The notes under the pieces are model-generated. The model was not told where the DNA came from. It ran no database searches and worked only from the letters and a program-made list of their open reading frames with translations. Of a stretch of 64,000 nt of DNA, positions 50,978 through 64,000 are shown one piece after another. The stretch spans positions 65,968,001-66,032,000 of the forward strand of contig NC_043001.1 in NCBI RefSeq assembly GCF_006345805.1. The letters run 5' to 3'. A program made the translations under genes and the position numbers. Position 1 is the first letter of the stretch; every line of letters begins with the position of its first letter. The stretch is from Octopus sinensis. Its lineage: Eukaryota.

Positions 50978-51451
50978 TATATGTATGTATATAGATATAG
51001 AATATCAAAAGATAATAGATAATTTAGAACAACTAAGATATAGCATACAGATAAATTATTATAGTGTGTACCTACAGACTCAAACACGTCGTTCCATAAG
51101 GAACAGTCATGTTTTAGTGGCAACAAACATTACTTTTCAGTATAATTACTACTTGCATCTTGTATAGAACAAGCTACTTTACTGAATTACTTTTCTATAC
51201 ATTGCGAGCTAGGGCGAAAGACTGCTATCTGTAGCGGGCAGGTGTTCAGTACTGAGGAAAGGCAAATACTCTGCAACCAAGCTGGTCTACTGGTCCTGTC
51301 AAATCGCTAGATGGTAGGAATTCGCTCCCCTGCTTGCAATATGTCGGACACAGGTTGTGTCGTTAACCTGTAGAAGATTCTCCTGTAGTGAAAAAGTAGC
51401 AGCAACATCGTTCCGTACAGAGCAACCATGTTGAAGTGGCAACAAACATTA

Positions 51452-51484
<33 letters not shown>

Positions 51485-51539
51485 CAGAAAGGAGGAATTT
51501 CGATTATCCCCACATGGTGAGTTGTAATGTATATAAGAA

Positions 51540-52360
51540 TTTAAAAAAAGAAAATAGTTTTAATATAATTTAATATACTTGCTACATAGTTTTAATATAA
51601 TTTTTAATATATCGACCGGTTTCGCAATCGCTTTTCATGATATTATGTTTTACTTATTTGAATATGTATTTTTTCTTAAGAAGAAATTTTGTCCATGTTG
51701 TGTGTGATGATATTCACGAGTGAATGACTTTACAAGTAGATAAATAAGGGGTGGTAATTGGTTATCGTTATTATTTTTATTGTTGTGGGTAAGGGAGATA
51801 ACTGTTCAGCTTTCGGTAGTGGGAGGGGAATAAATATGTACAGACAAAAACAAGCTTCGAAAACCTTGTTTAGTGAGGGGATTTATGTACAGTGACGTAA
51901 TCGTGAATTGAAGTATGTAAAAAAGATAAAAGTTGGTTATGCGTGCATATTAAGACGTGTTCTGTATTTTCAATACAAAAAAAAATTATTTAAACGTTCT
52001 TGTGGAGATATTGAGTCTTTGCACTGGTAGAAGGGGAAGACTGTGAAATTTGGTTTGATGTTATCTGCACATTTTTCCATATGTTCACTGAGAGGAATTT
52101 GCCTGTATTGCGGGAAACGGATTTGCTCTTTATGTAGAGTGGTTCTCTTTCTCAAGGTCATACTCGTTTGTCCAATATAGTTGTGTACGCACCCCGAGCA
52201 GGTTATTACATAAATTATGTTCTCAGAGGCACAAGTGAAACTAGTTTTAATTGTAAACCTTTGTCCTTGTTTGAAAAGGAAATCTGGATTTCCTTTTCAA
52301 ACAAGGACTGAGGTTCACAATTGAAACTAGTTTCACTTGTGCCTCTGAGAACATAATTTA
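51540..52360 (-). mobile_element. Penelope-like element 3' part (GIY-YIG) with 5' fold-back
   Basis: FTCASENIIYVITCSGCVHNYIGQTSMTLRKRTTLH...SEH. Inverted duplication 52211-52284/52287-52360 and a hammerhead remnant at 51609-51643. Confidence 0.88.
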
Positions 52361-53566
52361 ATACAGCCAAACCGGCGCATAATGGGAAAATACTCTGAAG
52401 GTAAAGAAACCCTGAAATGGGAATACAAACGGAATAAAACGGGTTTCGTGCAATTCAGACTACGTGTTTCCGAGATACACGTTCTCTTTGGGGTTTGTTC
52501 CTACCAATTTAAGCCGTAACACATGGAATTATTGCCTTTTACTGTGAACACTAGATAGTTTTTTGCTGCAATAACTACAGATATATACCTCATCGACTTT
52601 AATGCCTCATAACTTCCAGAAAAATGAATACTTTTTAACGAAATTTTCAACAAATACTGCTTACATGCTGTGACTTGAAAGTTTTTAAGGATTTATGAGA
52701 CAGAATTTTTCGGATGGGGTGGGGAGTGGAGTTTCGGAAAAATCACATGATTCGACTTTTTCCCTCGTTAAAATATTTTTGAATATTTTTTTTTACCGAA
52801 AAAGCTCCTCCCATGGATTAAAGGAAAAGGAAAACAAAATCAAGGCAAGACGAGTATCTCAAGTCATTTAGAAAGTTTAATTAGAGTAAGGTGAATCAAA
52901 AATGGAGACGTAGAAGCAATTAATATCTTACAGCTGTTTCTGAGATATTCCAGGTGATGGTACAACATCTCCATACACTGGGTATTCCGTAATCAGAGAC
53001 AAGGTGTGTATGCATAAAACTTTCAGGCAGAGAATTCCCAGTATATAAAGGAATAAAACAGTCGATAGAAGAATAAAGACAGGAAAATAAAATTCACAGT
53101 TCATCTTGTTCCAGAGGATATGGAGCTTAGTCCGTATTTCCGTGAAGGTATAACCCCTTAAGTATAATCGCAGGTAAATCTAGGCAGTATTTTGAATGTT
53201 GCATTCAGATTGGAGGAATAGATCAAGTGGTTAGCTTGTAAGAAAAAGCCTAGATTTTGTTTCCTTTTCCTTTAATATATACCTGCTGACTCGGAAGCCT
53301 ACTAAGCATCCCTGTGTCCAGCCTAAACTGCGAACGTGCAACCTAATGACCAACTTACACAGCGTACCTATTGGTTTAGATCATATATATATATCGCTAG
53401 CCACTACACATTCTTTACTTTCTCTCGCTGTTTCTTTCTGTGTTCCTTTCTGTGGAAGAGAGTATGTTCGATGCGTTAAAGACTTTTTCACTTTCCGAAC
53501 GTTAAACAATTACATCTGCTTGTTGCCTACACCACCTGTCTTCGTCTTTTGTTTTTTGTGAATTCT

Positions 53567-53617
<51 letters not shown>

Positions 53618-53859
53618 TATATATATACATGTATGTATGTATTAATATATATATGTGTATATATGTATATATATATATATGCATGTATGTATGCATGTAT
53701 ATATATATACATATATACATATATATATACATACATATATATATATACATATAGTTAATCCAAACAAGAAAACACAAAAAAACAAAAAGAAACAGCAACG
53801 CGAGGACGTGGAACAAATAAAGTATTATTGGACGCTCAGGAAAGAAGGGAAGAAGGAGG

Positions 53860-53894
53860 GCTCAACGTTTCGAGCGGAGCTCTTCGTCGGAAAC
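53860..53894 (-). ncRNA. Minimal hammerhead-like motif (CCGACGA core)
   Basis: GUUU-CCGACGA-A-GAGC-UCC-GCUC-GAAAC-GUU-GAGC; stem I relies on G.U pairs. Confidence 0.45.
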
Positions 53895-53942
53895 ATAGGA
53901 GAAGGAAAGATCCCGAGAAGGGAAGACAGAGGAAAAAAAACA

Positions 53943-54972
<1,030 letters not shown>

Positions 54973-55865
54973 CTGCACGGCAGGGGCATTTTTATTGCGA
55001 ATACGAGATTTTCATGTGGTTAGATTAGTGGATACCTGTTACCAGTGCAAACAATGAATTCCTTAGAACGCATCGCAACTATCTTCTCTCCACATAGAAT
55101 GTTCCCAATACAACATAAAAATGAAATACAGGAGAAAAAATCGAACTCAGCAATGTTTGCGAAGGGAGCTTTTCCGTAGGCAATCGAGTCTAAATTTCCA
55201 ACATTGTACATAGATAGTTAAGGCAGTTAATAATCAAATTAAATCATATCTTTATATCATTTCATTGATTTTCATTTAATACGGTAAAGTCTGAACATCA
55301 AATCTATTCATTGTTATCTTCTTAAAAAATTTAAGACATGAAACGAATATAAAATGACAGAGACAAATGTCAGAGAAAAAGGTCAGCTTTAAAAGGTTGA
55401 AATTCTTTTCATGTAGCATATTTCCACAATTTTAAAATATAGAAAAATGTTGAGATAATGATTAGATTAATGATTTCTAATTTAAACACATACTATAGTT
55501 TTGTTTATCGATTAAATTACTTTCTGTACTTCACTTATTTTATTGGCCCAGAAGGCTGAAAGGCAAAATGGACCACGGTGAAATCAGAACATGAAGTAAA
55601 GCAACACGGTTTGTTACAACCGGCTCTTTCGATTTTGCCAGTCAGCCACCACCACTACTATTACTTTCCTTTTATCATATTAAATCAATGTACGTTCAGG
55701 ATTTAAAGAAATAATCTGAAGATTGCTTGGTATAGGAATTTGAACAAGGATTTCTGATTCACAACCTGAGTTATCAATCAAAACTGAGAAATATTCGAGC
55801 TCTGTTTCTTGTGTGTGTATGTGTGTGTATGTGTGTGTGTGTTTGTGTGTGTGTGTGTTTGTGTT

Positions 55866-55950
<85 letters not shown>

Positions 55951-56217
55951 TGTCCATCACTCTACTTAACGTGGTGATTCTTCTGATCAATTGCAGTTTT
56001 GATATATTAACTACAGCTACCGGCACTACCCTAGTTAAGATTAATGTGACCAAAATCTGCATAACATTACCAAATCAACATAAATCATTCACACTTCTTA
56101 AGGCCAATAGTGTTAACCGCCAGCTAGTTACGATTAATGTCCAATAAAATGCGCCAATGCGCCACAAGTTTCTCTTGAGTTTGACGTTCAAATACTAGTA
56201 TTTGAGTGGGGAAGAAG

Positions 56218-56868
<651 letters not shown>

Positions 56869-57219
56869 TGTTTCTTTATTAGCCACACAGGGCTGCACAC
56901 AGATAGAACAAATTACAAGGTAGAGCTTTTCTTTTGGGGGTAAAAAAAAGAGAGTGGTGGTTTTCGATCAAAAGGGATCGTAAAAGGAAAGAAAAAGGAC
57001 AAAAAAAGGGAGGGGTTAAAAAAAGGGGGGGGGAATGAATGATAGGGATCGTTATCACAGAAATGTCAATATGAAGTGTAAAGGGGAGGACAGGTGAGGT
57101 TTACCCGTGGAAAGAAAGGGCTACGGAAAAGACCACGGTAACCTCGGTCAATGAAGTCACATGTTATATTTCTTTTTTTTTTTTGCAAATAAGCAACTCT
57201 CTGTATTAATTTTTATGGT

Positions 57220-60200
57220 TCATAGAATCATAGTCAAGGTGGCTTCGTCATTCATACGTGCCATCCTTGCTACATTCACCCATCTTTTTTTAAAACATTC
57301 ACTAGACAAAACTTGCCTCTCTACTCTCACTTTCCTCTTCAAGTGATACTTGAAGAAGTTGATGAGAGATTGACCAGAGAAGAAAGTGTTTGTCTCTAAT
57401 CCTTTCAGGCGAGTCCACCAGATACATTCTTTCGCCATAGCCACAAGTATGATAAAAATAGCTCTTCCTTCCCGTTTGAAGGAAGGAGGCGTGACGATAT
57501 TAACGATAGACTCAGCTGATAAACCGACACGTCCCACACGTGACAGCAGTCGTTCGACATAAGCCCACAGGTCGGAAATTGCTGGACACTGCACGATTGC
57601 GTGCAGAGCGGTTTCGTCGCTCTGCCCGCATCTCGGGCAGGTCGGCCCCGTGTTTCTCGAGCCATGCCTATAGAGCTTATCCCGAACGGGTAGCGCTTCT
57701 CGGTAGCACCGCCAGGCCAGGGATCTCTGGAAGTTGTCCATAGGTCCCGGGCCGAAAGTCGTTTGAAACAGGCGGGTCAGGTATTCCTCGTCGACGCCCA
57801 GGTTTGCCCCGAGCTCGTCGTCGTACCTCCCCTCCACTAATCCCCTATAGAATGCTTAGGTTGTGTTGAAGTCACTCAAGGTCTACCCGGGACGGCAGAG
57901 TTGCTTGAGAGCAACGCGACACTCGCGGTGCCATTCGCCCTTCCTCGGCCTCTTTTTGATCCACGACTGTAGTTTGGTCATGGAGACGAGTTGCGGGAAT
58001 GCGTGCCTCACAAACGGCGACCACACCTGTTCACCGTCGTCTACATAGAGCCGGAGATGTCGCAGTCTCAGCGCGTGTCTGCGCATCATCAACCACGGCA
58101 TGCCCAGCCCTCCTTTTAACGGGTGTTGACAGCAAATGGATCGCCTGACCATCGGGACGCATCCTTTCCACAAGAAGCGGAAGAGGATGCGTTCTACTTT
58201 GGTGATGGTAGGGTCGGGACAAGGTACGACGGTCAGGCGGTAGTAGATGATGGACGCGATGTACGCGTTCACCACCTCCGCCCGACCTTTTAGGGACAGT
58301 TTCCTCTCGGCCCATTGCTGGGCGAGAGTGACCACCCTACTCGTTATCTCGTTCCAGTTCTTCTCCATTTGGAGGTCCGGACCGAACCAGACCCCGAGCA
58401 ACTCAACCGGGCCGTCTGTCCAGCGTCCCACGACGGAGGTACTGGTGGACGGCATGGGCTTGCTTCTCCAGGTGCCGAGCCGCAAGCCCACTGACTTTTC
58501 CCGGTTGATTTTTGCTCCTGTCACCGCTTCGTGGTCTTTCAGTGTCTCGCCGACCCGCTCGATGTGCTCGTGGCTTGACACTATGACGGTGACGTCGTCC
58601 GCGTATGCAGACACGCTCGTCCCGCATCCCAATTCTCGCGGGATGCCCCTTAGAGTCGCCAGCTTCCGCAGTAGTGGCTCAAGAGTCAATACGTATAGAA
58701 GCGCCGAGAGGGGGCATCCCTGACGGACAGAACGTGCAATGTCGAAAGGTCTCGATAGATGTCCATTTACGCGAATTACCGAACGGATGCCTCTGTACAA
58801 GGCAGCTATCCAGCCGCGGAAGACGGGACCGAAACCAGCCGCTCTCAGGACTGCCTCCAAGTATCGATGGTCTACCCTATCAAAGGCTTTCGATTGATCC
58901 AAGTTGATCAGGGCCCCACCCATGCCAGGTTCGTTAACTACCCTGTCTATGATGTAGCGCATCAGATGGAAGTTGTCATGGATGCTCCGGCCCGGCACGA
59001 CGCACGTTTGTGCGTTGTCGACCAGTTTCTCGATGACAAGCGCCAACCTCTTGGCTAACACCTTTGTCAAAATTTTCAGGTCTGCATTGAGCAGCGTGAT
59101 TGGTCTAAAGTTATCTATAATGTTTCCTTTGTTTGGATCTTTCTTCAGCAGAGTTACAGCTCCTCGACTCACAAAACCGGGTATGCTCCCGTTTTGCTGC
59201 CAGTTGCAGTATACCGCTGCCAAGACGTCTCCAAACAAGTCTGGCATACAATTGTAAAACTCGTAGGGTAGACCATCCAAACCCGGTGATTTGTCCCTCG
59301 AGCATTCTGCCATCGCTTCCTGCACTTCCGCCGCCGTGATGGCACCTTCGCAGCACCCTGCCTTTCTTGTCGAGAGTCGTGGCAGGCTATGTAGGTAGGC
59401 ACTGAAGTCCACCCTACGTTCTTGCCCTCCACTCGTCCCGAACAGTCGGGCAAAATGCTGCTGAAAGGCCTCACACATTTTACTTGGCTCGAGCAATTCG
59501 CGCCCCTGTTCATCTACCAGTGACCGAATGGTGGCTTTGTTGCCCTGTTGCGCCTCTGCCACCCGGGCCTCTCTCGCGGCTCCAACACCTTCGTTCCTTA
59601 GAGCACGCATCCTAGCTCTGACAGCACATCCTTCGTGTTTGGCGTTGAAGTGTTGGTCGAGGGCCAACCTCGCCGCCAAAACGTCGGATGCGATGCCGCT
59701 TCTAATTGCCTCTTCTAGCTTCTTAACTAGCTCACCCTCTACTCTATTTCTATCTATGGCTAGTGCTTTGCTGTACCTAATCGCTTCTGCTTTTACTGCT
59801 CTCTTGAGGGCAAACCACCATTTGTTGTTGATGATGGCTCCCGTCAAAGCCCTCTTTACTAGTGTGCTAATCCGGTCTCTGAAAACTTGTCTGGACGGGA
59901 ATGAGGCGTTCAGTTTCCAGTACCCAGGACCCTGTCTATGTGCCTTATCTAAGTCTAGCGTACACGTCACCAATTTGTGATCCGTGTAGCTGACTGTGTG
60001 GAATTGTGGACATCCTAAGTTATCCTTGTCTACTGCCCTACACAGTATCCTATCTAGATACGATCTCGACGACCCACTGCGATTGCTCCATGTCCACGTT
60101 GGTGCATTTGGGTGGTCGAGTCGGTACCTGTCAGACAGTTGGAATCGTCTGAGCAGGTCTCTGAGGCATTTGCATCCCCTTCTGTTTCTGTCTCTACCCA

Positions 60201-60656
60201 CGTAGTCTACATGCGTGTCCAAGGTAGCATTCCAATCCCCCACTAAGAGTAAAGGACGAGACGTTCCCAAGAATACTTCTAGACGTCGAAAGAAATCCGC
60301 CCGACCTGTGAAGGGCGGTGCGTAGACTGATACGAGTCGAAAAGCGCACCCATTGCTGCCGTCAACATCCAGAACGATCAGTCTACCCTCCGGGTCTACG
60401 AATATCGTCTTGACTTCGAGATCCAGGCTCTTGTGAAAAAGTACCGCGGTGCCACTACCGCCCATCCTCGGCAGACAGGGAGCGAAATAAATGTTAAACT
60501 GTCCGCCAAACATGGACTTTAGGGCCCGTGGCTCGTGGAATCTGGTCTCACTTATGGCTATGATTCCCAAACATGTGACTTGCTGTCATTTAGGAGGTAT
60601 CCTTGTTTCCAAGGAGACCCCAAGCCACGCGCATTCACACAACCAATCTTGACCAT
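57220..60656 (-). pseudogene. Tx1 ORF2: AP endonuclease, RT and C-terminal CCHC finger, with few lesions
   Basis: MVKIGCVNARGL start at 60656, frameshift into the 895-aa ORF (SETR, GDWN, SYLD, TDH, PGLDG, QGCPLS, YADD), stops near 57860-57885, then CPRCGQSDETALHAIVQC. Confidence 0.93.
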
Positions 60657-60706
60657 GATTCTATTGGGGTGTGTGCTTTAAAACACACAAATGAAAGTAC
60701 AGAGAG

Positions 60707-61590
60707 TTACTTACTTGTGTCGAAAGTTTTGGCTTCCTCGTTCTTTGATGTGTCTTCGAGGAGGTTTCTATATAGTTTTTGGGACAGATATTTCTGGAAA
60801 CCCCCTACATCATTTGGGAAGAGGGCTTTGAGTTTGTGGTGTTGTGTTTGTGTGATGTGTAGTATTTTGATGTGTTTGGGTGGTGTAGTGCGTGGATGAT
60901 TGCTATTTTTAAAGTCATCTTCACAAATGTTTGTGTATCCTGTGATGTACTCCATTAGTTTGGAGTCTTTTGTGTCTATCGCTGATAGCATTGTTTTTGT
61001 GGTGTTGGTGCTTGTTTTGTTGTGTATGGAGTTTTCAGGGTTCAGGTATCTCCCTGCTTTGGTTGCGATTTCTTGTTTGGTTTTTCTTGATCTTTTTCTT
61101 TTACCCCCTGTGGCTATTTGCCATTCTGTCGAACTTTCATCGTTAGATGAAAAGTCTGACGAATCAGCAGGGGGCAAGGGTAAAGCGTCTGGGTGTGTTT
61201 GTGCGGTTGTAGATATTGTTGTGGTGCGCGGGGAGGGTGTTGCTGGGGGGTTTGTTGTGGTTATTGTCTCTCCTACATCCTTGGTGCTTGTCTTCTTCGT
61301 TGTTATTCTTGGTGTTGGAATTGGTTTATTTGTTGTTGGTGGTGATGATTCTGTTCTTGGCGCTGGTGTTGGTGTTGTTGGTTGGGTTGGCTTGTTCTTT
61401 GTTGTTTTTCCTGCATTTCCGCATACAGCTTCTTGACTAGCTGTCCATATTGTGGTGTGGGCAATAATGCTGGCTTTTGTGATTTTTCCTGTGGCTGTTG
61501 TTGTTGTTGTAATTTTGCGGCAGATTTGCACTCCTTTTTGAGGTGTGCCTCACTGCCACATGTATAGCATCGTGGCCTTCTGCCCTCGAC
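60707..61590 (-). pseudogene. Tx1 ORF1 C-terminal half with CCHC knuckle, frameshifted
   Basis: VVEGRRPRCYTCGSEAHLKKEC at about 61520-61590, then a Q/T/P-rich linker and WQIATGGKRKR. Confidence 0.8.
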
Positions 61591-61623
61591 TACTAACGGG
61601 TGTTGACAGCAAATGGATCGCCT

Positions 61624-61721
<98 letters not shown>
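61624..61721. repeat. (GATA)n microsatellite
   Basis: Directly visible. Confidence 0.95.
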
Positions 61722-61722
<1 letters not shown>

Positions 61723-63689
61723 TGCAAAGTGTCCTTAATCAATTATAAATAATCTAAGTTGAAATTTTATTTCTCTTTTTAAAAAGTTTTCAACTCTATC
61801 TGGCTGCAGCTAAACCTGATGTTTCGTTCCATTTTGTAATTTGCCCATAGAAATTTTTAATTCATATTAAGTTAGATACTGTCCTTAATGATGACCAATA
61901 CGTACAAGTCACCTTGCTATTTTAGCGGCTACCTGAAACATAAAGGTGTTTGAGGCCTATATACTATACATGTTTATCTATTTTTCGATATCATGTTTGC
62001 AAACGAGCAAATTCGAATTAGAATGGCTTTTGCACTTATAATTGAATAAATGAACATACTTTACAAATCAGAGTTTTGAAAGTATTTTCTACTCGCCTTT
62101 CATCTGTTGACCTTGAGGTTAGCTTCATACATTATTATTTTCTATTAAAAGAGCGATTTATTGTATTTCAGCTTTTTGCATTCATATTGGCGAGTTCTGT
62201 AGTGCTGCTGGGATTTTGTTGTGGTTGAAATTTCTTATTAGCTTGTTCTAAAAACAACTACGTGTTTTTTTACTGAATTTCTATCAAATATTTTATGGCA
62301 CAAATTTGAAGCTAGTTGTATATACTTATCAAAATCAGATTTCTTACTATGCTTGCAAATGCATTTATGTTATACGGCGGAATATATCTCGCTGTTTCTG
62401 AGTAAATTAATTTTTAGTACTGGTTATACTATTTGCTTACGTTTGTCATTGAAACCGCTTCCTTCTAAATCTAGGTGTGGGACAGCGTTATTAAATATTC
62501 CCTTCTCTGACAATACAGTTTACATTCGTCTATTAATGTGATATGTTATATAATTATAGGCAGCTCCTTTGAATCTCGTTGATATGTATTGTTTGATTTT
62601 TTTGCTGTTTGGTTTTTGGTAGAAGCAATGTTTTCCTGAATTTATGTTAATTCTGGAAAAAAAATTGTTACTTTTGAGTTTTTAATTTTGTGACTTTTAG
62701 TTTGAACCCTTTTGATAATGTTAGTGTTTGCTTACGTTTGACCAGTTCATATTCTTTCATATTATGGGAAACGGCTATTCCATCATCTCTCTAGATGAGT
62801 GAAGTGTTTTCTGTTTTTAGTGTGTGTTAATCAACGACATCCCACCTGTGAATATCCTATTCACTTTTTCTTAAGTATAGTGCACCCTTGACTATATAAT
62901 CTATTATGTCATTTTTCGACATCACTAAACGTCATTTCTGTATTATTTATATGTTAAATGAGGATCAAATTCATACAACCTCTACTTCATAGAGATGATC
63001 CACATCCTCCACTTTCCTGTCCTAATCTCAGCTAAAAAGAAAGAGTCAATTTCGACTTCCCCATACATACATACACAAATGTGTCCATGAGAGTCGATTT
63101 TTTCCTAATTCAATGACTCATGTCACAAATAAATTCTATTTTTAGTTTAGATTTTTAATAAGTTGCTATACGTATTTTTTCTTGTTCATATTTATAGTTC
63201 ACATTTGGACTGATATTAGCAACCACTGAACTTGAATATATCTAGTTTGTTGTCTTTTACTAGTGTTACAAGAGATACTTTTCACTCACGACACTTATTT
63301 ATTTATGCATGCACGTATGTATGCTTGTGTGTATGTGTGAGTGCGTGTGTGTGTGCGTGTGTGCGTGTGTGTGTGTCTGTGTATGTGTGTGTGTGTGTGT
63401 GTTATTATTCAGTTTTATTTCAAGATTTCATGCCAATAGAGAAGGATCGGTTTCTAATCTAGATCCAAGGCTCCTTCATTGGAATTTCAACATCAACAAT
63501 AGGGTATTTTTCTTTGTATGTATGAATGCATGTATGTATGTATGTATGTATGTATGTATGTATGTAGTATGTATGTATGTATGTATGTATGTATGTACGT
63601 ATGTATGCATCTATGTATGCGCAGATTTGTAAGTTTTCTGTATGTATTCTCATGTATATAGTTGCATGTCTAGACATGCTCATATATAC

Positions 63690-64000
63690 TTAAATGATAA
63701 ACTTCTGGAAGGTTCTACAGATTTTTACAGTTCCAGTGATGGATTGAATCTGTAGTGATCGAATTAGCTTTCTCCTTTCTGGTTTTGAGAAGGCTAATTT
63801 GTCAAGGCAGTGTGTTACATATCCCAGGGCCCCAATTACAGGTATAAACTTAAACTTGTAATCTGGATAGATTAACTTCAGATTTCTCAATAGTTCACCG
63901 TGGGTGTTCTCATTTTCACTGGTCTTCAGTTTCATGCTAACATCCGCTAAGCAGCTAATTTCCACAGCTACGTACAGTTTCCTCTTCTCCAACGCAAATC
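63690..64000 (-). mobile_element. RLE-LINE C-terminus (continues beyond the window)
   Basis: VEISCLADV..K..E.ENTHGELLRNLKLIYPDYKFKFIPVIGALG...TVKICRTFQKFII*. Confidence 0.7.

Larger units (their letters stand above)
56871..61625 (-). mobile_element. Tx1/L1-clade LINE, nearly full length (5' end of ORF1 missing), inside (GATA)n (copy 4)
   Basis: ORF1 remnant, APE-RT-zinc finger ORF2, 3' UTR with AATAAA, and GATA arrays on both sides. Confidence 0.95.

Noticed and set aside
51086-51454. ~50-bp diverged direct repeat 319 bp apart
   Set aside because: Real but uninformative; no element ends, ORF or ribozyme identified between the copies.
53445-53482. Hammerhead-like remnant (GGAAGAGAG..TTCGATGCGTTAAAG)
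   Set aside because: Both halves of the core are too mutated to call.
55020-55211. 63-aa ORF with a GPCR TM1-like CIGNIL
   Set aside because: A single short motif, an in-frame stop soon after, and no further helices.

Overview
An AT-rich, microsatellite-dense eukaryotic window made up almost entirely of transposable-element remnants. I found no convincing host exon, RNA gene or CRISPR array. The SINE families and the density of (TA)n/(CA)n/(TAA)n/(GATA)n repeats suggest a cephalopod (Octopus-like) intergenic or large-intron region; this is inference. Contents: four Tx1/L1-clade LINEs, one nearly full length inside a (GATA)n array; an ORF1-only 'half-L1'-like element; a nearly full-length CR1-group LINE whose ORF1 has Myb/SANT-like and CCCH motifs and an upstream tandem array, plus older copies; many R4/Dong-like restriction-like-endonuclease (RLE) LINE fragments stacked in (TAA)n; several Penelope-like (GIY-YIG) fragments; three mariner remnants; a Helentron-type non-autonomous element; two TTAA-flanked MITE candidates; and tRNA-derived SINEs. 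The most interesting signal is structural. There are three fold-back (head-to-head) duplications and a set of minimal type-I hammerhead-ribozyme-like motifs. In three unrelated repeat families the core reads CCGANGA instead of CUGANGA, one Penelope family has an A8 (U3-A8) variant, and one motif has a canonical core. Element boundaries are approximate unless a junction is quoted. No database searches were possible.
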